This document shows positions 19,527-28,539 of a stretch of DNA of 64,000 nt, piece by piece. The notes beneath the pieces were generated by a model. That model was not told the DNA's origin and did not search any database. It saw nothing but the letters and a program-made list of their open reading frames with translations. Source of the DNA: Sedimentisphaeraceae bacterium JB056 (GTDB lineage Bacteria; Planctomycetota; Phycisphaerae; Sedimentisphaerales; Sedimentisphaeraceae); contig JBITAJ010000021.1 of the NCBI GenBank assembly GCA_044440125.1, positions 192,001-256,000 on the forward strand, written 5' to 3'. Positions within the stretch are counted from its first letter, which is position 1, and every line of letters begins with the position of its first letter. A program made the position numbers and the translations under genes.

Positions 19527-20930
19527 ATGAAAAATAACCAAACCAAACCAAACATCATTGTTATAATGGCTGACGATCAAGGCTATGGCGATCTCAGCAT
19601 TTACGGCAACAAATATCTTGCCAATCCAAATATCGAACGACTTGCCGCTAACGGCGTAGTAATGAACCAGCACTACAGCGGCTCACCACTATGCGGACCG
19701 GCACGTGCATCATTTCTTACCGGAAGATACAACCACCGCACCGCCGCTATCAGCGTTGAATCAAATCGATGCCTCGACCGGATAAGCCTGCGTGAAAAAA
19801 CAATGGCAGACTATTTCCGCAATTCCGGGTACTCGACCGCTATGGTCGGTAAATGGCACAACGGCCTTTTTGACCGCCGCTTTCACCCCAACGCACGCGG
19901 ATTCAAGAATTTTGCCGGTTTCCTCAACGGCGGAATGGGTTACTATGACTGGGTGCTCGATTACAACGGCTCGCCGCGGCACTCCAATGGCCAATATCTC
20001 ACCGACGTATTCACCGAAGAGGCCGTGGATTTCATCGGACGCAGCAAGGACAATCCGTTTTTCCTTTATCTCGCCTACAACGCCCCGCACAGCCCGCTTG
20101 AGGCTCCCAGGCATCTTGTCGAAAAATATCAGGCAATGGGCGGACTCAATGAAACCGTCAGCACTATCTACGCGATGATCGAGCAGATGGATACCGGCAT
20201 AGGCCGCATACTTGACAAACTCGATCAGTGCGGCATTGACCAAAACACCATCGTTCTGTTCACCAGTGACAACGGCCCCTGGCTCGGCGATTTCGGCGGC
20301 GGCGACAATTATATGCGGTATAACGGCCCGTTCAGCGGGATGAAGAACTTTTGCCTTGAAGGCGGGATAAGAGTGCCGGCGATAATAAGCTGGCCCGCCG
20401 GCATCCAAGGCGGCAGAACCTGCGATGAGATGATCCATTTCACCGACTGGCTGCCGACACTGTGCTTTACCGCCGGATGCAGGCCGCCCTCAGATGCCCC
20501 GGCTCTCGACGGCTTCGATGTTATGGATGTTCTCCGCGGCAACCGCGAGTTCGAGAACCGCAAGCTCTTCTGGCAGCACAACCGCAACGAACCGGTGCTC
20601 AATTGCAACTCGGCGATGCGCGACGGCGACTGGAAACTCGTCTGGCCGTATCCCGATGGGGCCATCGTCAAAAGCGAGGATGACAACTACTGGTATCACG
20701 AGATGTTCAAACGCGAGCATTTCGAAATGGACGTCGAATACCAGACGCTCTCCCAGCAGATAGACGTTGCCGAAAAGCCTTCGCTCTACAACCTCAAGGA
20801 CGACCCGTCCGAAAAGTACGATCTTGCCGCCGCACAACCGCAGCGGCTCAAAAAAATGCAGACAGAGCTGGAAAACTGGTTCAACCAAGTAGAAAAAGAC
20901 CGCCACGAAAGCATAAAATATACCATATAG
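19527..20930 (+). CDS. Cys-type sulfatase (no signal peptide); most of the gene is unusually GC-rich
   Basis: KPNIIVIMADDQG, CGPAR, GKWH, APHSP, SDNG, EGGIRVP. Confidence 0.92.
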   Translation: MKNNQTKPNIIVIMADDQGYGDLSIYGNKYLANPNIERLAANGVVMNQHYSGSPLCGPARASFLTGRYNHRTAAISVESNRCLDRISLREKTMADYFRNSGYSTAMVGKWHNGLFDRRFHPNARGFKNFAGFLNGGMGYYDWVLDYNGSPRHSNGQYLTDVFTEEAVDFIGRSKDNPFFLYLAYNAPHSPLEAPRHLVEKYQAMGGLNETVSTIYAMIEQMDTGIGRILDKLDQCGIDQNTIVLFTSDNGPWLGDFGGGDNYMRYNGPFSGMKNFCLEGGIRVPAIISWPAGIQGGRTCDEMIHFTDWLPTLCFTAGCRPPSDAPALDGFDVMDVLRGNREFENRKLFWQHNRNEPVLNCNSAMRDGDWKLVWPYPDGAIVKSEDDNYWYHEMFKREHFEMDVEYQTLSQQIDVAEKPSLYNLKDDPSEKYDLAAAQPQRLKKMQTELENWFNQVEKDRHESIKYTI

Positions 20931-20983
20931 AATTCATTGCTAAGTCCCTCTCTATTCCATTGAAAAATCGCTGTAAATAATCT

Positions 20984-21230
20984 TGTAGATTAAACCCATA
21001 AGTGCACCTGAGTCGGTAAATTTCCAGTGAGCTGGTATAGTTACCTCAACGAAAGGCATACGGGAACACCCATACTGCTCGTGGCAGCTTGGGTTAATAA
21101 TAATACAAATGATTTAATCAGGAAGTATATGCCCAAAGGCAGCAATATTTGCCAACTTACTGAACAACAGATTTTGCACGTAATGGACAGGTTGAACAAT
21201 CGGCCAAGAAAATCTTTTGACTATTTGTAC
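20984..21230 (+). mobile_element. Internally deleted IS30-family remnant (left IR-like end plus frameshifted transposase C-terminus)
   Basis: TGTAGATTAAACCCATAAGTGCACC (20984-21008) resembles IS30 terminal repeats. 21067-21093 encodes HPYCSWQLG, and after a 1-nt frameshift NNNTNDLIRKYMPKG...RLNNRPRK, matching the IS30 motif HPYxSWQRGxNENTNGLIRxYxPKG...LNNRPRK. Confidence 0.8.
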
Positions 21231-21365
21231 GAGACGAGGACTATACTAAAACGATGGCAAAATAGCTACCAATCATTCAAAGACGTAGCCTAATGTTTAA
21301 AATGATAGACAACTCAGTGACTATCAGTGAGCTCCCAAACTATGACAGATCACTGAGTCTGAATA

Positions 21366-22508
21366 TCAAATCTTTACCCATGCTCCTGTCGCATGGCTTT
21401 TAAGTACTGCTTCAACTATCAAATCTGCATTATGTCCATCTGCAAACGTCGCAAAATCAATTTCCTTGGACTCACCGGCAATATACCGATACACATTACG
21501 ACAGAAATTCTTTACGGCACTTGGATACCCTTCGTTATGCCCTGCCGGATAGTGTGCATAATCTTTAACCGTATCATCCATCAAAACAGCATCCTTGAGC
21601 ATCAATTGATTAGGCTCATTACGATTGCCCACAGTCAATTCATTAGGCCGTTCATGATCCCACCAAATGCTTTTTTTCGTACCATTAAGTTCAAAAACAA
21701 TATGATTCTTTCTGCCGGATGAAACATGCGAAATACATGTCATGCCTTTGCTGCCGTCATCAAACTGAATTAAGATATGCCCATAACCTTCAGAATCAAT
21801 CTTAACCTCTTCGTAGTCTTCAGGCTTAAGCTGTTTACCGGAAAAAGTCTCAATCTCACCTTTAGGCTTCTTACGATATTCGTGGAGCGTCAGAAGATCA
21901 GAGAAAACTTTTACGATTCTCTTTCCGGTCACAAATTGTATCAAATCAAACCAATGCGAACCGATATCAGATATAACCCTGCTTTGCCCGGCCATTTCAG
22001 GATCCAGTCGCCAGCTCCAGTCAGTATCATAAAGCAGCCAATCCTGCATATAACAGCCCTGAACCGCAAACACCTGACCAAGCTCATCATTACTAACCAT
22101 CGCTCTTGCCTGCTGCACTAACGGATAGTACCGATAGTTGAAATTGACTGCATTAACAAGCCCTTTAGCTTTTGCAAGCTCAACAAGCTCGGCAGATTCT
22201 TCACTATTTATACCAAGCGGCTTTTCACTGACACAATGCTTTCCTGCATTAAGTATGTCTTTGTTCACCTGAAGATGCATGAAATTCGGTGTACAGTTGT
22301 GTATCACATCAAGGCTTTTATCATTGAGCATCTGCCTGTAATCGCCGTAAGCATCAGGAATACACAAACTCTTTGATTTAGCATCAGCCAATTTTTGATT
22401 AGCCTCAGCAACTGCCACGATCTCAACATTACCCAACCGTCTTAAGGCTTCGAGATGAACCGGACCAATATATCCGGTTCCTATTATTCCTGCTTTGATT
22501 TTTTTCAT
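21366..22508 (-). CDS. Gfo/Idh/MocA-family NAD(P)-dependent oxidoreductase
   Basis: GIIGTGYIG Rossmann motif, CTPN..H, HCVSEKP, DIGSHWFD. Confidence 0.92.
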   Translation of the reverse strand: MKKIKAGIIGTGYIGPVHLEALRRLGNVEIVAVAEANQKLADAKSKSLCIPDAYGDYRQMLNDKSLDVIHNCTPNFMHLQVNKDILNAGKHCVSEKPLGINSEESAELVELAKAKGLVNAVNFNYRYYPLVQQARAMVSNDELGQVFAVQGCYMQDWLLYDTDWSWRLDPEMAGQSRVISDIGSHWFDLIQFVTGKRIVKVFSDLLTLHEYRKKPKGEIETFSGKQLKPEDYEEVKIDSEGYGHILIQFDDGSKGMTCISHVSSGRKNHIVFELNGTKKSIWWDHERPNELTVGNRNEPNQLMLKDAVLMDDTVKDYAHYPAGHNEGYPSAVKNFCRNVYRYIAGESKEIDFATFADGHNADLIVEAVLKSHATGAWVKI

Positions 22509-22522
22509 ATATCAAACCTGAA

Positions 22523-23554
22523 TTATTTTAACAAATGGGTCATTATCATCAGATCAAGTTCCTCATAATCTCTCTGATCAATCAATGTCTTGAGCTTTGC
22601 ATCATCAAGACTTCTTGAAAGCTCAAGGAGCTTGAGGAAGATCGTTCTGCTGTTAGAAAGGTGCTTGGCGGCAACATTATCCTTCTGGGTCCTCATTGCC
22701 TTAACATCCAGACCAACCCATTCGCCATGCTTTCCATAGTCATACTTATCAAGCAGACGAACCTGATTAAATGCCCTTCTGAGATCAACAGAACCAAATG
22801 ATTTATCCTGATCAAACTTCAAACCATTCTGATCATTGAGATGTACTGACCACAATTTCCTATGTGCAAGTGCATATCCCATCTCATCTGACGGGTCAAG
22901 ACCTGCTAAGATAGAGTGAGCAGACTCTATTACACAACCTACTCGTGAAGCATCGCTCGTAAGCAAACCAAGACCAATTGCATGTCCAATAGTAGGTATA
23001 TATGTATGATCCATAGGCTCGTTTGGTTTTGCCTCAATAGCAATCTTTATATTCGGGTTATGCTTGAGCATAACATCCACAGCATAAGCAATTCTCTCAG
23101 CAGCCTGCACACTGTCTTTTGATTCCCTTATGTATGTACCTTCACGTGCAAGCCAAAGGACAATCAGATTTGTTCCAAGAGCATCCGCTATATCAACGGC
23201 TCTTTTGCTGCGATCAATAGCATACTGCCTGCATTGAGGATCATTATTTGTGTAACCGCCATCAATTGTTCTTTCATCTTCCCAAAGACGCGGAGCTACA
23301 AACTCTGCAATAAGGCCCTCTCCATCAAGTGTATTCTTAAGGTCTTTAGCTTCTTTGACAATTTGATCAGCTGAGAGATCGTTAAGATTAGGTACCGCAT
23401 CATCATCATGAAACTGCACACCGTCAAAACCAAGCTCTTTGTACATTTTCAGCTTTTTGCCAAATTCTACAGTTTTTCTAACTTCAGGGCCAAAGGGATC
23501 TGCTCCCTCATGTATATTCCAAGGGCCAAATGTAAACTTAAATTCACCTGCCAT
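22523..23554 (-). CDS. Xylose-isomerase-family sugar isomerase (short form; substrate uncertain)
   Basis: FTFGPW...GADPFG, FHDDD, LWLAREG, IEAKPNEP, ESAH, HLNDQ..KFDQD, GLDVK. Confidence 0.8.
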   Translation of the reverse strand: MAGEFKFTFGPWNIHEGADPFGPEVRKTVEFGKKLKMYKELGFDGVQFHDDDAVPNLNDLSADQIVKEAKDLKNTLDGEGLIAEFVAPRLWEDERTIDGGYTNNDPQCRQYAIDRSKRAVDIADALGTNLIVLWLAREGTYIRESKDSVQAAERIAYAVDVMLKHNPNIKIAIEAKPNEPMDHTYIPTIGHAIGLGLLTSDASRVGCVIESAHSILAGLDPSDEMGYALAHRKLWSVHLNDQNGLKFDQDKSFGSVDLRRAFNQVRLLDKYDYGKHGEWVGLDVKAMRTQKDNVAAKHLSNSRTIFLKLLELSRSLDDAKLKTLIDQRDYEELDLMIMTHLLK

Positions 23555-23571
23555 TATAGCAATCCTTTTTA

Positions 23572-24384
23572 CTAACTTAAATATTCAAGTGTTTTCTTCA
23601 ATGATTCTTCGTCTGCCATTTTCGGGAAATATTCGAGGCCGAAACAGCCGTTATATTCAGTGGCATCGATTCTCTTTATGATTTCCGGATAATTAATTTC
23701 CGTATCAAACAACTCCGCCCTGCCAGGCACGCCGGCTGAATGGAAATGCCCGATGATATCAATATTCTTCTCAATGAAATCGAGTATATTACCCTGCATT
23801 ATCTGCATATGATATACATCATAAAGCAGTTTAAGGTTGGGGCTGTTTATCTGCTTGATTATTTTGACTGCCTGTTCGGTCTTATCAAGATAATAACCGG
23901 CATGATCAACCAAGCTATTGAGCGGTTCTATCACCAAAACAACACCTGCTTTTTCAGCCATCTGCGCAGCCTTGCCAAATGCTTCCAAAAGATTATCGTT
24001 CATCTGCTCACAAGTGAGAGCATCCTGAGTCATACCAGAAAGAATAATCCCACGAGGACATTCTATAGCATTCGCAAAGTCAAGCATTCTCTGCCCCTGA
24101 GCAAGCCATTCTGCGTGATCCTCTGAATTAGTCGCATTGCCACCAATAGAACCATCCCACGCACCAAAGGCAAAATCATTAAATTTCACACCATTGGCTT
24201 CAGCTGTTTTCTTCAGTAACCGAGCATCTTTAGGCTGTTCAAAATCTATAATTCCGCCACTAAACGTTCCCTCCGGATGCCAAAACTCGATATATTTATA
24301 TCCTATTTCAGCAATCTTCTGAATCCTCTCTTCAAAAGGAATATCGGTAAAGAAACATTCCGCACATACACTTATATTAGCCAT
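23572..24384 (-). CDS. Hydroxypyruvate isomerase (Hyi)-family TIM-barrel isomerase/epimerase
   Basis: IEFW, IEPLN..VDHAGY, KLLYDVYHMQIMQG, HFHSAGVPGR.E, GLEY.P. Confidence 0.85.
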   Translation of the reverse strand: MANISVCAECFFTDIPFEERIQKIAEIGYKYIEFWHPEGTFSGGIIDFEQPKDARLLKKTAEANGVKFNDFAFGAWDGSIGGNATNSEDHAEWLAQGQRMLDFANAIECPRGIILSGMTQDALTCEQMNDNLLEAFGKAAQMAEKAGVVLVIEPLNSLVDHAGYYLDKTEQAVKIIKQINSPNLKLLYDVYHMQIMQGNILDFIEKNIDIIGHFHSAGVPGRAELFDTEINYPEIIKRIDATEYNGCFGLEYFPKMADEESLKKTLEYLS

Positions 24385-24396
24385 TCTATTTTATCC

Positions 24397-25719
24397 TTAT
24401 TTGAGATATACGCTTAATACTTTGTTTATAGCCGTTGCAATCTGGTTGCAATCATCATCCTGAAGGTTATAGTCGATATCTATCATTATCGCCTTTGAAA
24501 GCAAATCAAGAGACTTTGGACACATATCCTTTGAGTACTTCGGCAAATCTTCTTTTGCAACACCGGCCCATGGCAGATTATCCTTAGCAACAGACTTATA
24601 CTGCAAAATATGTTCCCAATAGTTATATGTATGCCAATCACGAACCTTCTCATTATAAACGCCGCCGGCAGGAACACCCTCAGCCTGGAGTGCAAGAAGC
24701 ACCTTCTTAGCAATCTCTGCCTCTGGCATAAACATTATCAGGCAAATACCAGTATCACCCGCATCATCGGCAAGCCTTCTGAACGAGAGACCCTTGAAAT
24801 TCTCAATAGCATTCTTAATCTTATTCTTAGCCGCAAGATGCTTTGAAACAATAGTTTTAGCCTTATGTATCTGAGCAAGGGCAACAGCCCCTTCAAGCTC
24901 ACTCATGCGATAATTCTCACCGCAGAAAAGATCTTCATTCTCTTTTTCTGGCCCGAATCTATCAGGTCTCCAGCAAGCGGCACAGTCGTGCCAGTTCAAT
25001 GCACGCGTATAAAGCTTTTCATCATTGGTTGTCATGAAGCCACCTTCACCTGAAACAATTACTTTATAGTAATCGAAACTGAAGCAGCCGATAGTACCGA
25101 TACTGCCAAGCATTTGACCATTAAATGAACCACCTGCAGCCTGAGCAACATCTTCAACTACAGGAATACCGTGCTTATTAGCCACGTCCATTATAGCATC
25201 CATCTGCGCTACGCCGCCCCGCATATGTACAGGTACAATAGCCTTTGTTCTTGGCGTTATGACTTTTTCGATAGACTCTGCCGTAATACATAAAGTCTCA
25301 TCAACATCGGCAATCACAGGAATTGCGTTGGAAGAAACGACAGTTGCTGAAGTAGCAAAGAACGTATAGGCAGGAACAATCACCTCATCACCCATGCCGA
25401 TACCAAGAGAACGATACGCCGCAACCAGGGCTGATGTACAGGAATTGGTTGCCATGCAGTATTTTGTTCCGATGAAACTCTTCATAGCTTCTTCGGCTGC
25501 AGATACTTTACTGGGTCTTGGATTGTAATACCGGAAAAGATGCGGGCCTTTAACCTCATCATCAGCAGTAATAATATCTTGTATCTTCTGCATATTATCT
25601 TCGGAAAACTGCCAAAGATCAAGAACCTCCAATAATTCATCTTTACCAATTTTTGTCGGAAAAGGACCAAGCTTATCTGCCGCCTTTTCGCCACCCTCAA
25701 TAGCTAATTTCATTGACAT
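24397..25719 (-). CDS. DegT/DnrJ/EryC1/StrS-family PLP-dependent sugar aminotransferase
   Basis: ATG at 25719 with a GGAG RBS. NSCTSAL, GDEVIVPAYTFFAT, EDVAQA, FSFDYYK (PLP lysine), GEGG, NYRMSE. Confidence 0.9.
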   Translation of the reverse strand: MSMKLAIEGGEKAADKLGPFPTKIGKDELLEVLDLWQFSEDNMQKIQDIITADDEVKGPHLFRYYNPRPSKVSAAEEAMKSFIGTKYCMATNSCTSALVAAYRSLGIGMGDEVIVPAYTFFATSATVVSSNAIPVIADVDETLCITAESIEKVITPRTKAIVPVHMRGGVAQMDAIMDVANKHGIPVVEDVAQAAGGSFNGQMLGSIGTIGCFSFDYYKVIVSGEGGFMTTNDEKLYTRALNWHDCAACWRPDRFGPEKENEDLFCGENYRMSELEGAVALAQIHKAKTIVSKHLAAKNKIKNAIENFKGLSFRRLADDAGDTGICLIMFMPEAEIAKKVLLALQAEGVPAGGVYNEKVRDWHTYNYWEHILQYKSVAKDNLPWAGVAKEDLPKYSKDMCPKSLDLLSKAIMIDIDYNLQDDDCNQIATAINKVLSVYLK

Positions 25720-25776
25720 AAAAATAACTCCAATTAAATTTTGTTGAATATTAACATAATTGTTATACAATGAGGG

Positions 25777-25858
25777 CATATACTATGCGCGCAAAAGCCC
25801 GCAGTATACACCAGATGGGTCAGCATCCCTCGCCAAAGTGACTGCTGGCTCATCTTTT
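25777..25858 (+). ncRNA. Candidate ~80-nt two-hairpin small RNA or structured element, opposite in sense to the flanking genes
   Basis: TTGAAT-N16-TACAAT at 25744-25771; hairpin 1 at 25779-25808; hairpin 2 AGATGGGTCAGCA/TGCTGGCTCATCT (25813-25855), which pairs fully (two G.U) only on the + strand and ends in a short T run. Confidence 0.35.
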
Positions 25859-25886
25859 ACGAATTCAGTTTAAAAATTTCACACTA

Positions 25887-26441
25887 TTAATATCGAGGCG
25901 GATCCATTACAGTGATAAGTTCAAGTTTACCTCTGCCTTTATTGATCAACCTGTGTTTCTGATTGGCCTTTACATAAAACGAATCCCCTTTTTTAAGAGG
26001 CCATTTACCTATATTTTCTATCTCAAGCTCCGCAGAGCTACCCGAAATTATAACACCGCCCAAATCGCAATCATGCATTTCCCATTCAGTCTCACTCTCA
26101 AAGGGAAGTATTATTTCATTCAAAAGCTCAAAACGCATATCACTTCTTTTAGGTAGAAGAAATGTACATGTTCTGTGAGCATCTTTAACCGACTGCATTT
26201 CTGAAGAACGGAAAATAGATTCTTCCGGTTCGCCTGACATCTTTGCAAAGAAAGTTGCTAAATCACTGCCAAGAGCTTTCAATATCTTTGATAAAGTTGC
26301 AATTGTAGGACTGCTCGAGCCCTTTTCAACAGAGACAAGATACGCTGCTGATATACCTGTAAGGCGGCTTAATTCACGAAGAGTTACGCCGTTATCAACT
26401 CTTAGAGACTTTACTGACTGACATATTTCTATTTTTTCCAT
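25887..26441 (-). CDS. XRE-family transcriptional regulator with C-terminal cupin domain
   Basis: VKSLR...VTLRELSRLTGISAAYLVSVEKGSSSPTIATLSKILKALG HTH; cupin motif LKKGDSFYVKANQKHRLIN. Confidence 0.9.
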   Translation of the reverse strand: MEKIEICQSVKSLRVDNGVTLRELSRLTGISAAYLVSVEKGSSSPTIATLSKILKALGSDLATFFAKMSGEPEESIFRSSEMQSVKDAHRTCTFLLPKRSDMRFELLNEIILPFESETEWEMHDCDLGGVIISGSSAELEIENIGKWPLKKGDSFYVKANQKHRLINKGRGKLELITVMDPPRY

Positions 26442-26474
26442 ATTCCCTCGAAATCACACTATAACACACAAGTC

Positions 26475-26514
26475 TTGTTACTGTATATGATAACAAAAAG
26501 GTGATAATAGTCAA
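26475..26514 (-). promoter_or_regulatory. Promoter of the XRE-cupin gene with overlapping inverted-repeat operator
   Basis: Minus strand TTGACT (26514-26509)-N16-TATCAT (26492-26487). The inverted repeat TTGTTA-N10-TAACAA (26475-26496) covers the -10 box. Confidence 0.65.
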
Positions 26515-26595
26515 TATATTAAACAGCAAAACATAATACTTTTACAAAATTAAATTCGCATTTTTGTGTAACTGACACTTTATGCAATCTCATTA

Positions 26596-28215
26596 TTACC
26601 AGAAACACCAGTAAATAACGATGATAGTTCCATACAAGGCAATAAACCACAATAGCAGGCTTTTGTACCACGGACGTTTGGTACCATCATCATAAGCTGT
26701 CAATAAAGACATTCTCCATTGATAAGGCCCGCTCTGAGCTTCCGATGGCGGCGGGGTCAGAAGAGATACAACAACAATGCCGACCATAATTATTACCTGT
26801 GATATAAACCCAAGATAGAGCCAATTCATATCCAGAAAACTCAGCGCCTCTACATTACGACCCAGTACCGGACCACCAAACCCAAGCCCCATGGCAATCA
26901 AAGTTCCAACCGTTACAGCAAAGAAAGCACCCTGAGAATTTGTTCTCCGCCAGAAGATACCAAGTAGCAGTATCGAAATAAACGGCGTAGCAAGAAAAGT
27001 TACGCCTTTCTGAAAATATAGAAAGATACCTCCCAGGTTTTCTACTACAGGACACACCAACGCGGCAATTGCCAAAGAAGTCATAGCTGCAATACGTCCG
27101 ACAGTTACGATACGTCTGTCAGAAACTCCAGGATTTATGATCTTTTTATAAACATCCAGTGAAAATATAGTGGCCGTTGAATTAGACAGCGCACCAATTG
27201 TTGACATAACCGCTGCCGCAAAACCTGCAAGAATAACACCTCTCAAGCCCCAGGAAGGAGCAAAATGCTCCAAGGCAAAGGGGAAGGCCATATCCCTGTT
27301 CTCAAGCGGCTCAGCCATATTCATTTCATGTACCCAGTGATAAACAATCAAGCCCAAAAACGCTGTTACAAGCGGACGGAGTCGATTAATAAAACCGGCA
27401 AATATAATTCCCATGATACCGTCCCATGTTGATCTGGCACCAAGCACTCTTTGAATCATCACCTGATTCGCTGCCTGATAAAACAGAAACACACCAAAGC
27501 TTGCAAAAACAAGACCAAGCATAGGAGCTATAGGATCGCTTGGCGGACGATAGAGATGGAACCTCTCAGGATTCGCCTCAGTCATTGCCGCCCAACCTCC
27601 AGGTATTTTATCAAGAGAAACAAAGAAGAGTATCACACCGCCGCCAACAAGCATAAGACATTGCAAAGCATCCGCCCATACCACCGAGGCTAAACCTCCT
27701 TTTACGCTATAAAGACCGATCACGATTACAGTAAGCCACAGCACAAAGTAGAAATTCCAACCAGTCAGCTTTGAAAACGCCAGACTGCCCCCATAAAGTA
27801 CAGGAACCATGAAAACAAACACGTACGCAACAAGCATTATAAGGCTGTAAATATAGCTGCACCTGGAATCATATCTCTTTGCAAAGAATTCAGGAATAGT
27901 TCGGATATGATTCTTAAGATAAATCGGTATAAAGAATAGAATCAGAGGTATATAAGCCAAACCAAACCATTCCCAGTTTGCAATAGCCATTCCATGCTCA
28001 TAAGTAGCTCCAACGGTACCCACAATCTGTTCACTGGAAACACTTGTCGAAACAAATGCCGCACCAATAACATACCACGGCAACTTTCCTGAAGCAAGGA
28101 AATAGCCGTCGGCTGTTTTCTCCTGATTTCGCGAAGCAATAAGACCCACTACAATAACAAGCAGAGGACAAACTACAAGAATTAAAACATCAAGGAAGCT
28201 TAAAGAAAATTCCAT
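26596..28215 (-). CDS. Sodium:solute symporter (SSS/SLC5) family sugar transporter
   Basis: ATG at 28215 with a GGAG RBS. YFLASGKLPWYVIG, GGLASVVWADALQ, NQVMIQRVLGA, AAVMST..ALSNS.ATIFSLD.Y. Confidence 0.92.
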   Translation of the reverse strand: MEFSLSFLDVLILVVCPLLVIVVGLIASRNQEKTADGYFLASGKLPWYVIGAAFVSTSVSSEQIVGTVGATYEHGMAIANWEWFGLAYIPLILFFIPIYLKNHIRTIPEFFAKRYDSRCSYIYSLIMLVAYVFVFMVPVLYGGSLAFSKLTGWNFYFVLWLTVIVIGLYSVKGGLASVVWADALQCLMLVGGGVILFFVSLDKIPGGWAAMTEANPERFHLYRPPSDPIAPMLGLVFASFGVFLFYQAANQVMIQRVLGARSTWDGIMGIIFAGFINRLRPLVTAFLGLIVYHWVHEMNMAEPLENRDMAFPFALEHFAPSWGLRGVILAGFAAAVMSTIGALSNSTATIFSLDVYKKIINPGVSDRRIVTVGRIAAMTSLAIAALVCPVVENLGGIFLYFQKGVTFLATPFISILLLGIFWRRTNSQGAFFAVTVGTLIAMGLGFGGPVLGRNVEALSFLDMNWLYLGFISQVIIMVGIVVVSLLTPPPSEAQSGPYQWRMSLLTAYDDGTKRPWYKSLLLWFIALYGTIIVIYWCFW

Positions 28216-28235
28216 TAAAATCTCCAAATTTATTT

Positions 28236-28538
28236 TTATATTTCAATATCTGCTAAAGGAAAATGCTGCTGCGACCCGTAAACATCACGATCACCAACAG
28301 AGCCTGAACTTACAAGTCGAGGCATAGAAACCTTAACCGCCATTATCTCTGTAAAGGAATATATCTCAACACTATCTGCAGGCACATTGTACAGAGAAGA
28401 AATTACGTCTTTGTTAAAAGCATGCGAACACACAAGTTTCTCAAAATCATTTTTAGAATCAAAAAACATATCAATTGTAAGGGTAAAAGGGCCAGCATTC
28501 TTGCTTCTTATAACTCTCGACAAATCATATAATTTCAT
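28236..28538 (-). CDS. DUF4387-family small protein
   Basis: L.DL..VIRSKNAGPFTLTID and GDRDVYGSQQH motifs; directly downstream of an AtuA-family gene, its usual partner. Confidence 0.8.
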   Translation of the reverse strand: MKLYDLSRVIRSKNAGPFTLTIDMFFDSKNDFEKLVCSHAFNKDVISSLYNVPADSVEIYSFTEIMAVKVSMPRLVSSGSVGDRDVYGSQQHFPLADIEI

Positions 28539-28539
28539 T

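Noticed and set aside
19761..20906. Long antisense and alternative-frame ORFs (225, 138, 128 and 125 aa)
   Set aside because: Explained by stop-codon depletion in the high-GC patch of the sulfatase gene; no recognisable motifs.
21027..21293. Intact 88-aa protein
   Set aside because: It is a frameshifted IS30 transposase fragment, not a standalone gene.
24397..25719. O-antigen or antibiotic sugar biosynthesis cluster
   Set aside because: No nucleotidyltransferase, NDP-sugar dehydratase, glycosyltransferase or flippase in the window.
25743..25760. Further copy of the XRE operator upstream of the DegT gene
   Set aside because: GTTG-N10-TAAT mismatches both half-sites; too weak in AT-rich DNA.
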